The position numbers and the translations under genes were made by a program. A stretch of DNA of 64,000 nt from a virus (taxonomy: Duplodnaviria > Caudoviricetes): positions 96,001 to 160,000 of the IMG/VR virus record IMGVR_UViG_3300042888_002988. One strand, given 5' to 3'. The notes under the pieces were generated by a model. The model worked only from the letters and a program-made list of their open reading frames with translations, was not told the origin of the DNA and made no database searches. The first letter of the stretch is position 1. Each line of letters starts with the position of its first letter. Shown one piece after another: positions 37,953-46,136 of this stretch.

Positions 37953-40613
37953 ATGCCCCCGCCAGTTTCATACGGCAGCGCCAAGTCGTCCGGCTCTTCT
38001 GGATCGCCCAGCGGTTCGTCGATAGGTTCCAGCGCTGGTAGCTCTGGTAGCTCTGGTAGTTCTGGTAGTTCTGGTAGCTCGGGGTCCGGTGGGTCTGACG
38101 GTGGCGGCAGCGATGGTTCTGAAGGGCGTGGATGCTGTCCCGATCTCGGCCCGCTGATCACCATGCTGTATAAGGTCAACGGGCGGACGGATAAAGACTG
38201 CTTTGAGACGTCCCCCGAGCCGCAGTCCATAACGGTAGTAATGAACGGCACGGTCGGTCTACCGCCGTGTCCCGAATGCGAGAACTACTACATCGTGCGA
38301 TTCGGCATCGCCGGGCAATCACGGACGCAGAACCTGGGTATCGGCGGCACGTTCTTTGCGCACGAATTTACTATCGATCCTGCGTTCCCGAACTCGGACT
38401 ACCCGACGTTTGCCTGTATAGAGGTGCAGGGGTCCCCTCCGCCAGCTTTGAATTGCTACGAGGACATCGACTCGAATTGCTGTGTGCACGCGGTGTTCAG
38501 GTCGCCGGATTATTGCGAATTCAGCTCGTCCAGTGATTCATCGAGCGACAGCGGCAGCGGCGCGTGCTGCGTCCAGGTCGAATTTATATCGCCCGTCGAC
38601 GGGCACAAAGTTTGCGAGGAGATGTTCTACGGCGGAGGCGTCTATGGTTACGAAGATATTCAGCTGACGTGGAACCCGAACATTAAAAGATGGATCCTCA
38701 CCATCGGCGGGCCTGGTAGCACGGCTGTGATATTTACGGGCAACGAGTGCCCCCACGGTAATATCGAATACGAGGGGTTGTCGCTCAAGTTTGGTCCGTG
38801 TAACGGTTGCGGATCAAGCAGCAGCAGCGGTAGTTCTGACAGCGGCAGCAGTGCGGGTTCCGGCAGCTCCGCTGGTTCCAACTCAAGTAGCGGCAGCACT
38901 TCTGGTTCCGGCAGCTCCGCTGGTTCCAACTCAAGTAGCGGCAGCACTTCTGGTTCCGGCAGCGTCGGTTGTGACTGTATCCAGCTGCGGTTCATTCCGC
39001 AGGGAGACACAGAAGAGATTTGCATTGAGCTTACCGGGGCGCCGGGGGGCTTTGGTATCGACGACATTTTGTTCGTTATAGGTGAGGCTGGTGTATGGAC
39101 ACTGGCAATCGCTGGCGACGTTTGCACACCGCCCCCTGGCGGTGGTGGTAGTGGCGACTGTCCGGCCTTCGGGGTGTGGACCGACATAGACTTGGGCGAC
39201 ATTCTGGTTGGTCCTTGTGACGGGTGCGGTAGCAGCCCGTCCGACTCTAGCAGCTCCTCTGGCTCCGGCAGTGCTCCCGACTCAACCTCTGGCAGCGGCA
39301 GCTCCGGTAGCTCTGGTGTATCGAGCAGCGGCAGCGGATCTGGTGGCTCTGGTAGTGGGTCTGGCGGATCGGGCAGCGGCAGCTCTGGTGTATCGAGCAG
39401 CGGCAGCGGATCTGGTGGCTCTGGTAGTGGGTCTGGCGGATCGGGCAGCGGCAGCACTTCAGCGTGCTGCGTGCAGATCGAATTTATCTCGCCTGTAGAT
39501 GATCAACGCGTCTGCGCGGAGATGGCTTACGCCGATGGCGTTTACACGTACGAGACCATCACTGTTGAGCACAACGGCACTGCTTGGATCGGCATCTATC
39601 CGGAAGGGGCGAGCTTGATAACCTATGACCCAGATTGCCCCTACGGCAGTTTCTCCATGGGCTTCGCGGACGCGGAGCAAACCGTCGTTACGCTGGGTCC
39701 CTGCGTCGGTTGCGGTAGCAGCTCATCTGGCTCCGACAGCGGCAGCTCATCTGACAGCGGCAGTAACCCTGGCTCCGGCAGTGGCAGCTCATCTGACAGT
39801 GGCAGTAACCCTGGCTCCGGCAGTGGCAGCTCATCTGACAGTGGCAGTAACCCTGGCTCCGACAGCGGCAGTAACCCTGGCTCCGGCAGTGGCAGCTCAT
39901 CTGACAGTGGCAGTAACCCTGGCTCCGGCAGCGGCAGTAACCCTGGCTCCGGCAGCGGCAGTACCCCTGGCTCCGACAGCGGCAGTAACCCTGGCTCCGA
40001 CAGCGGCAGTAACCCTGGCTCCGGCAGTAACCCTGGCTCCGGCAGTAACCCTGGCTCCGACAGTGGCAGTAACCCTGGCTCCGACAGTGGCAGTAACCCT
40101 GGCTCCGACAGTGGCAGTAACCCTGGCTCCGACAGTGGCAGTAACCCTGGCTCCGACAGTAACCCTGGCTCCGACAGTAACCCTGGCTCCGGCAGCAACC
40201 CTGGCAGTAACCCTGGCTCCGGCAGCAACTTTGGCTCCGGCAGTAACCCTGACAGCGGCAGTAACCCTGACAGCGGCAGTAACCCTGGCAGTGGCAGTAA
40301 CCCTGGCAGCAACCCTGGCTCCGGCGGCAGCAACCCTGGCAGCAACCCTGGCTCCGGCGGCAGCAACCCTGGCAGTGGCAGTAACCCTGGCAGCAACCCT
40401 GGCTCCGGCGGCAGCAACCCTGGCAGCAACCCTGGCTCCGGCGGCAGCAACCCTGGCAGTGGCAGTAACCCTGGCAGCAACCCTGGCTCCGGCGGCAGCA
40501 ACCCTGGCAGCAACCCTGGCTCCGGCGGCAGCAACCCTGGCAGCAACCCTGGCTCCGGCGGCAGCAACCCTGGCTCCGGCGGCAGCAACCCTGGCTCCGG
40601 CTCCTACCCATGA
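37953..40613 (+). CDS. Cys-rich modular protein with Ser/Gly linkers and a long (G)SNPG(S) tail
   Basis: Three related six-Cys modules (CCVQxEFISPVD...VCxEM...CPxG...GPCxGC) separated by Ser/Gly runs; about 300-aa SNPG repeat C-terminus. Confidence 0.7.
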   Translation: MPPPVSYGSAKSSGSSGSPSGSSIGSSAGSSGSSGSSGSSGSSGSGGSDGGGSDGSEGRGCCPDLGPLITMLYKVNGRTDKDCFETSPEPQSITVVMNGTVGLPPCPECENYYIVRFGIAGQSRTQNLGIGGTFFAHEFTIDPAFPNSDYPTFACIEVQGSPPPALNCYEDIDSNCCVHAVFRSPDYCEFSSSSDSSSDSGSGACCVQVEFISPVDGHKVCEEMFYGGGVYGYEDIQLTWNPNIKRWILTIGGPGSTAVIFTGNECPHGNIEYEGLSLKFGPCNGCGSSSSSGSSDSGSSAGSGSSAGSNSSSGSTSGSGSSAGSNSSSGSTSGSGSVGCDCIQLRFIPQGDTEEICIELTGAPGGFGIDDILFVIGEAGVWTLAIAGDVCTPPPGGGGSGDCPAFGVWTDIDLGDILVGPCDGCGSSPSDSSSSSGSGSAPDSTSGSGSSGSSGVSSSGSGSGGSGSGSGGSGSGSSGVSSSGSGSGGSGSGSGGSGSGSTSACCVQIEFISPVDDQRVCAEMAYADGVYTYETITVEHNGTAWIGIYPEGASLITYDPDCPYGSFSMGFADAEQTVVTLGPCVGCGSSSSGSDSGSSSDSGSNPGSGSGSSSDSGSNPGSGSGSSSDSGSNPGSDSGSNPGSGSGSSSDSGSNPGSGSGSNPGSGSGSTPGSDSGSNPGSDSGSNPGSGSNPGSGSNPGSDSGSNPGSDSGSNPGSDSGSNPGSDSGSNPGSDSNPGSDSNPGSGSNPGSNPGSGSNFGSGSNPDSGSNPDSGSNPGSGSNPGSNPGSGGSNPGSNPGSGGSNPGSGSNPGSNPGSGGSNPGSNPGSGGSNPGSGSNPGSNPGSGGSNPGSNPGSGGSNPGSNPGSGGSNPGSGGSNPGSGSYP
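39714..40604 (+). repeat. Degenerate coding tandem repeat array built on AACCCTGG(CTCC) units
   Basis: Dozens of copies of ggcag(t/c)aaccctggctcc-like units with variable spacers, all multiples of 3 nt. Confidence 0.95.
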
Positions 40614-40628
40614 GCGTAAGTTTTAGAC

Positions 40629-40657
40629 TTGCGCCGCGACCGGCCACTCAGCATATT
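40629..40657 (+). promoter_or_regulatory. sigma70-like promoter TTGCGC-17-CATATT for the glycan-modification cassette
   Basis: Correct spacing in the intergenic gap upstream of 40674. Confidence 0.5.
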
Positions 40658-40673
40658 CACTACGCAAACCACT

Positions 40674-41429
40674 ATGAGCACCAATAGCAAACCGCACCCT
40701 AAAACACCCAAGAAACAAGCAGCCAGCACACCAGCGGGGGAGATCAACCAAGAGCCCCAGCTACTGACTGACTGGTTCGACAAGGTTTTCATTATCAACT
40801 GCGCGCACCGCCCTGACAGGCTGCAGGCAGTGAAAGAAGAAATTGTGGGTAAAAAACTCGGGGACTGGGACAAGATCACTGTTTCCCCGGCCATTATCGG
40901 TGACTACACCACGCACCCTGCGGGATGGGGAGGGGGCCGCGGCGCATGGGGATGCCTACAGTCGCACAGGCGAATCATGGAGGATCTCATGCACATGCGC
41001 GATGAGCGCGGTGACATGAACTGGGAGCGCGCTTTGATACTGGAGGACGACGTATTTTTCTTGGACAACGCCTTGCGTGACCTGGGTGACTTCATGCGAA
41101 TTGTGCCAGACGGCTGGGGACAAATCTATCTCGGCGGGCAGCATCGTGGCACGCAGCCGGTGCCGGTAATTCCGGGGGTGTTGCAGGGTCACTCGATCAA
41201 TCGCACGCACGCCTATGCCGTCAGTCGTCAGTTTATCCAGAAGATCTACTGCCACATCTCCTACATGATGGATTACAACGGCAACAACAAGCACATCGAT
41301 CACCAGTTGGAGCTGGCGCATCAACGCAAGGACTGGCTAGTATATTGTCCGCCCAAGTGGATCTGCGGGCAACGCGCGGGCGCGAGCAACATCAGCGGCA
41401 AAACTCTCCCTGACCAAATTTGGCAATGA
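40674..41429 (+). CDS. Glycosyltransferase family 25-like
   Basis: FDKVFIINCAHRPDR, GAWGCLQSHRRI, ALILEDDV, QIYLGG and RTHAYAVS motifs. Confidence 0.85.
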   Translation: MSTNSKPHPKTPKKQAASTPAGEINQEPQLLTDWFDKVFIINCAHRPDRLQAVKEEIVGKKLGDWDKITVSPAIIGDYTTHPAGWGGGRGAWGCLQSHRRIMEDLMHMRDERGDMNWERALILEDDVFFLDNALRDLGDFMRIVPDGWGQIYLGGQHRGTQPVPVIPGVLQGHSINRTHAYAVSRQFIQKIYCHISYMMDYNGNNKHIDHQLELAHQRKDWLVYCPPKWICGQRAGASNISGKTLPDQIWQ

Positions 41430-41605
41430 AAACGTCCGTAATACCAGGTCTTATGTTGATGGCGCGCACCGACGCGTCGCCCGATTATCTGCACGCGTTC
41501 CTCAGTCACCATGGTGTCAAGTTCGAGTCTATCAGTAAAACGTCATGGATCAGGCAGTCTGATGTGCCAAAACTCGAATCTGTATCAAATGGAAAATCTG
41601 CATGA
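41426..41605 (+). CDS. Small hypothetical protein
   Basis: 59-aa ORF with ATGA overlap on the GT25 stop, filling the gap to the GT2 gene. Confidence 0.4.
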   Translation: MKTSVIPGLMLMARTDASPDYLHAFLSHHGVKFESISKTSWIRQSDVPKLESVSNGKSA

Positions 41606-42299
41606 CAGGGTCACTGTGGTGATCAAGACGTTCATCCGTTATCAGACTTTGCGGCGCACCATACGCCGCATTAAGTCCGTGTGGCCGGGTCTTCACATAA
41701 TCGTTGTAGACGACACGCCGTTGAAATTACGCAAGCCTATCGCGATACCTGGCGTGACGTTCGTCGTGACCGAGCCGGACATCGGGCTGTCTGCCGGACG
41801 TAACCGCGGGTTTGCGGAGGCATCGACCGAGTATGTGCTATACACTGACGATGATGCCTTTCCGCATGCGAGCTCATCGCTGGCCGATCTGGAGCACCTA
41901 GTGAAGCAACTGGACGCGGGCCTAGCGGATCTGATTGGGTGGCGAGGATGGACCATCAACGAGAATGGCGGCAGGCTGTCGTTTCGAGGAGTCAGGCCCG
42001 GGGATCTGACGGTGTGTCAAGTCACGGAAAATGCTTACATCGCCAGGCGCGCTGTACTGGTGCAAAATCCGCACCCTGAGGAGATCAAGATTAACGGGGA
42101 GCACTTCTCGTTCTTCTACTTGCTCTACAAGGCCAAGGTAAAAGTGCGTTGCTCCAAGCTTCTGCGCTTCATCAACACCAAGGCCAGAAATCCTGAGTAT
42201 ACAGCTTATCGCAACCGGACGTATCGTAAGGCTGCCAAGCGAGCGACCGGTTACCAAGGCGCGCTATGGCAAGCTCCATCAGCAGACAGTGGATCATGA
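41589..42299 (+). CDS. Glycosyltransferase family 2 (GT-A fold)
   Basis: VTVVIKTFIR...IIVVDD...GLSAGRNRG...YVLYTDDD (DxD motif). Confidence 0.88.
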   Translation: MENLHDRVTVVIKTFIRYQTLRRTIRRIKSVWPGLHIIVVDDTPLKLRKPIAIPGVTFVVTEPDIGLSAGRNRGFAEASTEYVLYTDDDAFPHASSSLADLEHLVKQLDAGLADLIGWRGWTINENGGRLSFRGVRPGDLTVCQVTENAYIARRAVLVQNPHPEEIKINGEHFSFFYLLYKAKVKVRCSKLLRFINTKARNPEYTAYRNRTYRKAAKRATGYQGALWQAPSADSGS

Positions 42300-42889
42300 T
42301 CGTTACCGAGTTGAACCTAGTGTTCCTACACCCCAGTAAGACGGGAGGAACTTCCGTAGAGAAGGCCCTGCTCTCGGCCCTCCTGCGCGGCCCGCTCAGC
42401 GATCTGGAGCGCAAGCATTACGCCATATGGGACAAAGGCAGCTCGCAGCACTGGCCTTTGGCGCACCTGCTGCGCCGTCGCCCGGAGGTTGCTAACTACA
42501 GGCAGGTGATGACGGTTCGCCATCCATACCACAGGTTCGTCAGTGAGTTCAATTATCAAGTGGCTGGTAATCGCTACAAGGTATCCCCATTTGAGCAATT
42601 CTACCGAAGCAATGATGTCAACGGGGCCATCCTCAGCGGCGCCCTGTGGCAGTGCAAGTATCCATGGCACGGCGCCAAGCAATGCGATTATCTGGGGGCA
42701 ACGACCGAGATCATGCGGCTCGAGACATTGTCCCAAGACTGGGCTCGATGCTTTCCGGAATTCGAAGCGCTGCCGCACGAAATGAAGTCTCGGTCGGTCG
42801 TCACTGTCGCCGACTTGGACGACGAAGCGAAGGCGGAGCTAGTGAGGCGCTACGAGGAGGACTTTAGAGTGTTTAATTATGAGCCATGA
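42296..42889 (+). CDS. Carbohydrate sulfotransferase (Sulfotransfer_2-like)
   Basis: 5'-PSB motif FLHPSKTGGTS and 3'-PB motif VRHPYHRFVSEF. Confidence 0.85.
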   Translation: MIVTELNLVFLHPSKTGGTSVEKALLSALLRGPLSDLERKHYAIWDKGSSQHWPLAHLLRRRPEVANYRQVMTVRHPYHRFVSEFNYQVAGNRYKVSPFEQFYRSNDVNGAILSGALWQCKYPWHGAKQCDYLGATTEIMRLETLSQDWARCFPEFEALPHEMKSRSVVTVADLDDEAKAELVRRYEEDFRVFNYEP

Positions 42890-44138
42890 TCTAACTCTGC
42901 AGGCCACGCCGTGGCATATAATCAACCCGACGCACATACCAGTAGCGGCGACGGCCAACCTTGGAGACGCCATACAGAGCGCAGCTGCGCGGAAACTGTG
43001 GCCGACCACGAAGCTCGTACATCGCGATAAGCCGCGCTCGTGGCCCAAAGATGCGATAGTACCACTTGTTGGGTGGTATGGACATCATCGACAACCATTT
43101 CCAGCGTCGGCGAACGTCGTCATAGTAGGCTTTCACTGCAACCCAAAGTCGGCGCGCTGCCTGAAAAATCGCGCGGAATGGTTTAAGTCGCAGGTGCGCA
43201 ATCAGGGCTTCCCAGCGTTCTGTCGTGATATTTACACGCGGGACCTGCTGCGATCGGTCGGTGTTGATGCGGAGTTCGGTGGCTGCGTCACGCTTACGCT
43301 ACCTCCCCATACGGGCCCACGATCGGGGAGTATTGTCATCGATGTAGCCGGAGCCGATCCGCGAGAGTTGAGCACGCACGAAATCGTAGCGCTTAGCAAT
43401 ATCCGGGCAGAGCAGCGCCTGATAGAAGCGAACAAACAGATAGCGCAGCTGGGGAGCGCGTTGACTGTGCGGACCTCCCGCCTCCACGCGTGGTTGCCTA
43501 GCCTGGCCGCGGGAACAAACGCATCGTTGATATTTCCGCCGGCCGCCGGTGACGTCAGGTTCACCGGCTACAACATCAACGCCAAGACCCGGCAGGAGCT
43601 GTTTTCTCAGACGTCGCGCGCAGAGCCGCATCGTTACCGCCTCATCGAGGGGTGGTTTGACTTCGCAGATGTATACCGGGATATCGCCGATCGATTGCCG
43701 ACGGGCGGCACGTTTGTGGAGCTGGGAGTTTACGCCGGAAAGTCGCTTAGCTTCATGGTTGATTATCTGGCGTATCTAGGCAAGGAAGCGCGTGTGCTGG
43801 GTGTCGACCTTTTTGATCGGGTAGCCAAGCCCAAAGTAGAAAGCGCGCTGGGGGACGGCGCAGAGCTGCTGCAAGCTGATTCGGCGGCGGCAGCTGCAGC
43901 ATTTGCCGATGGTTCTGTGGACGCCGTGTTCGTGGACGCAAATCACTCGGCGGACGCCGTGGCAGCGGACATCCGGGCGTGGCTGCCTAAACTGTCCGCG
44001 ACGGGCGTCATTGCCGGCCATGACCTAAGTCCAGGTCACCCGGGTGTGCGGCGTGGGCTGTTGCGCGCTGGTATCCCGTATGAGCCAGTTTCCGCCGCCT
44101 GCTGGATACATGATCGCCGTCAATCTGAAGTTGACTAG
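42879..44138 (+). CDS. Polysaccharide pyruvyltransferase-like domain fused to class I SAM methyltransferase
   Basis: N-half: NLGDAIQ, CRDIYTRDLL, GGCVTLTL, TSRLHAWLPSLA. C-half: FVELGVYAGKS, VFVDANHS, GVIAGHD. Confidence 0.82.
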   Translation: MSHDLTLQATPWHIINPTHIPVAATANLGDAIQSAAARKLWPTTKLVHRDKPRSWPKDAIVPLVGWYGHHRQPFPASANVVIVGFHCNPKSARCLKNRAEWFKSQVRNQGFPAFCRDIYTRDLLRSVGVDAEFGGCVTLTLPPHTGPRSGSIVIDVAGADPRELSTHEIVALSNIRAEQRLIEANKQIAQLGSALTVRTSRLHAWLPSLAAGTNASLIFPPAAGDVRFTGYNINAKTRQELFSQTSRAEPHRYRLIEGWFDFADVYRDIADRLPTGGTFVELGVYAGKSLSFMVDYLAYLGKEARVLGVDLFDRVAKPKVESALGDGAELLQADSAAAAAAFADGSVDAVFVDANHSADAVAADIRAWLPKLSATGVIAGHDLSPGHPGVRRGLLRAGIPYEPVSAACWIHDRRQSEVD

Positions 44139-44165
44139 GTGGCCCCTCAGGATTAGCCATAGCTC

Positions 44166-44549
44166 ATGCCTCTTTCGCTGGTAGCGCTCATCGCCCTCAT
44201 CGTCCTGCTGGTCGCCGGCTGGACTGCCGCCTGGTTGTATTGGTTCTTCGAGGGTGATCTGCGTCACGCTCTGTTCGCCTTCGTCTTCCCAGAATCTTGG
44301 CGCGCCGATCGTCACAAGGAGGATCTGCTCACACTCAACCGGGAGGATTTTGAGATGTTCCTGGCTGCCGAATCCGCCGCGCCACCATTCGTCCGCGGCG
44401 TGCTGGGATGCCCTGGTTGCTTTTCCGCCTACGTGTCGGCCTCAGGCACTGCTCTGGGTGTCGCGAGTTTTTTCTTCCCCATCTTCCTGGTGCCGTTGAT
44501 ATGGGCATCGGCGGCATGGGCTGGCCATCGCCTTCTCCACAACACCTGA
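44166..44549 (+). CDS. Membrane protein with CxxC (DUF1360-like)
   Basis: N-terminal TM helix; VLGCPGCFSAYV followed by hydrophobic helices. Confidence 0.65.
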   Translation: MPLSLVALIALIVLLVAGWTAAWLYWFFEGDLRHALFAFVFPESWRADRHKEDLLTLNREDFEMFLAAESAAPPFVRGVLGCPGCFSAYVSASGTALGVASFFFPIFLVPLIWASAAWAGHRLLHNT

Positions 44550-44554
44550 GACCC

Positions 44555-44926
44555 ATGAATCGCAAACTCCGAATCTTCCGTATGATGGGTGACAAACGCG
44601 TCCCCTACACCATCGAGCTGGACGAACAGCTCACCGTCATCGCCGAATACGCCGACACCTCCGCGCTGGATCATGTGGCGATGGGGCGGAAGCCCGAGGC
44701 GGAAGCGTCGTCACCCGAGCGCAGGAAAGCCATGCTGGTCGCGCGCTGGACGACGCCGGCCGTGGACGTCAATCCGATCCCCGGCAGCGAGGAGCTCCGC
44801 CAGGAATTCTTCGAGGCGAAGCGGAAGTTGGACGAGCAGCACGGCGTCAAAGGTTGCCCCAGCTGCAAGCTCGGCCCGCTCATTCGTCAATATCGCGAGA
44901 AGCTGGAAAAGGCCAACCTGCTATGA
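44555..44926 (+). CDS. Small protein with C-terminal helical CxxC motif
   Basis: IPGSEELRQEFFEAK...GCPSCKLGPLIRQYREKL; ATG 44555 follows the upstream stop. Confidence 0.65.
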   Translation: MNRKLRIFRMMGDKRVPYTIELDEQLTVIAEYADTSALDHVAMGRKPEAEASSPERRKAMLVARWTTPAVDVNPIPGSEELRQEFFEAKRKLDEQHGVKGCPSCKLGPLIRQYREKLEKANLL

Positions 44927-45102
44927 GCATCCCGGGTATGTCGCAGTATCCGGACCTTGAGCAGAAATACCGCCATCAACTGGCCGACGCGCGCTCCCAG
45001 CGCTCCTCTTGCTCCTCCTGCGCAGTCAACAAGGTGCACGAGAAATTCAGGCGCTTATTAAGTGAAAGGCTCAAGCGTGACAAAGTGCTGAAGAAGCGGT
45101 AG
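44923..45102 (+). CDS. Small basic CxxC protein, paralogous to the C-half of the upstream gene
   Basis: IPGMSQYPDLEQKY...SCSSCAVNKVHEKFRRLL; ATGA overlap. Confidence 0.6.
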   Translation: MSIPGMSQYPDLEQKYRHQLADARSQRSSCSSCAVNKVHEKFRRLLSERLKRDKVLKKR

Positions 45103-45105
45103 AGT
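45077..45105 (+). promoter_or_regulatory. sigma70-like promoter GTGACA-17-TAGAGT
   Basis: GTG start at 45112 lies 6 nt after the -10 box. Confidence 0.55.
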
Positions 45106-45111
45106 AGCCGC

Positions 45112-45840
45112 GTGAACCAAGATCTCCCGCCGGTAATTCCGCCAGAAACACCCGAGTCGATCTACGACGCGTGGCGTGTGGATCCCACCCCTGACAACCT
45201 GGGGCGGGTCGTGAAGTCCTTGGACAACACGATCAATTATAAGCTGTCCACCATGGGGATCGGGGACAACCCTCAGATGCGTCACCAGGCCCGCCTGTTT
45301 GCGGCGGACGCGGTCAAGAAGTTCGACCCAGCCTCCGGCACCAATCTCCGCACATGGACGCAGAGCCAGCTCCAGTCGCTGCAGCGCTACCGCCGGGAGT
45401 CGCAGGGGCCGGTGAAGATTCCGGACCGCGCCTCACTGGACGCCTGGACGCTGGAGAAGACCTCGCGCGAGCTGGAGGATGAGCTCGGCTTCGAACCCGA
45501 CGTGAAACAGTTAGCCGACCGTTCTGGGCTTTCGGTCAAACGGATCGCCGCCGTGCGCAAGATCACCCGACCGATGGCCGCCGCCGCGCAGATGTATGAC
45601 GACGGTCAAACGCCGACTGATTTCCTGGGGGAAGCGCTGGAATACATCTACGACACTTCCGACCGCACCGACCGCAAGATCATCGAACTCACGACTGGCT
45701 ACGGCGGCTCACCGGTGATGGCGAAGAATGAGATTGCTCTCAAGCTGGGCATATCGCCGTCGCAGGTCACCCGGCGCGCCGACAGAATTGGCTTCAAGGT
45801 GCAGGAGATGGATCAACAGATCGAGGGGGTGCACGCATGA
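45112..45840 (+). CDS. Phage sigma70-family (FliA-like) sigma factor
   Basis: Region 2-like AVKKFDPASGTNLRTW; region 3-like LEDELGFEPDVKQLADRSGLSVKRI; region 4 HTH KNEIALKLGISPSQVTR. Confidence 0.82.
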   Translation: MNQDLPPVIPPETPESIYDAWRVDPTPDNLGRVVKSLDNTINYKLSTMGIGDNPQMRHQARLFAADAVKKFDPASGTNLRTWTQSQLQSLQRYRRESQGPVKIPDRASLDAWTLEKTSRELEDELGFEPDVKQLADRSGLSVKRIAAVRKITRPMAAAAQMYDDGQTPTDFLGEALEYIYDTSDRTDRKIIELTTGYGGSPVMAKNEIALKLGISPSQVTRRADRIGFKVQEMDQQIEGVHA

Positions 45841-46136
45841 GAGGTCACGCGATCGCCAAGGAGGAAGACCGCACGCGTGCTTTCCAGGAGCACCGGCAGG
45901 AGCTGCAGGGGCGTCTACCCAAGGGGCCGTTCGAGTTCGCGGCAGATCTGGATTTCAAGGACATCAAGCCCGATGATAAGGACCCGCCTGTGGTGCGGCG
46001 TTTCAAGCTGGCTGTGGCGCGCGATGCGCGATACGCTGTGGCTTCAGGCCCCTACCTGCAGATCTTCGGTCTCAGCCAGGGCCTGCGGTCTATCTACGAC
46101 GGTGGTGCTCAAATCCAAGACGGCAGTGCAACATGA
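45837..46136 (+). CDS. Hypothetical protein
   Basis: 99-aa ORF with ATGA overlaps at both ends. Confidence 0.55.
   Translation: MRGHAIAKEEDRTRAFQEHRQELQGRLPKGPFEFAADLDFKDIKPDDKDPPVVRRFKLAVARDARYAVASGPYLQIFGLSQGLRSIYDGGAQIQDGSAT

Noticed and set aside
39714-40604. Repeat array as a possible CRISPR array
   Set aside because: The units are short, contiguous and in frame, with no unique spacers and no cas genes.
39625-40647. Long alternative-frame ORFs over the repeat array (TLAPAV-, LPEPGL- and CCQG-rich), including an apparently metallothionein-like Cys-rich one
   Set aside because: These are by-products of a stop-free 3n repeat. Only the Ser/Gly frame is continuous with the upstream Cys modules and has sensible start and stop context.
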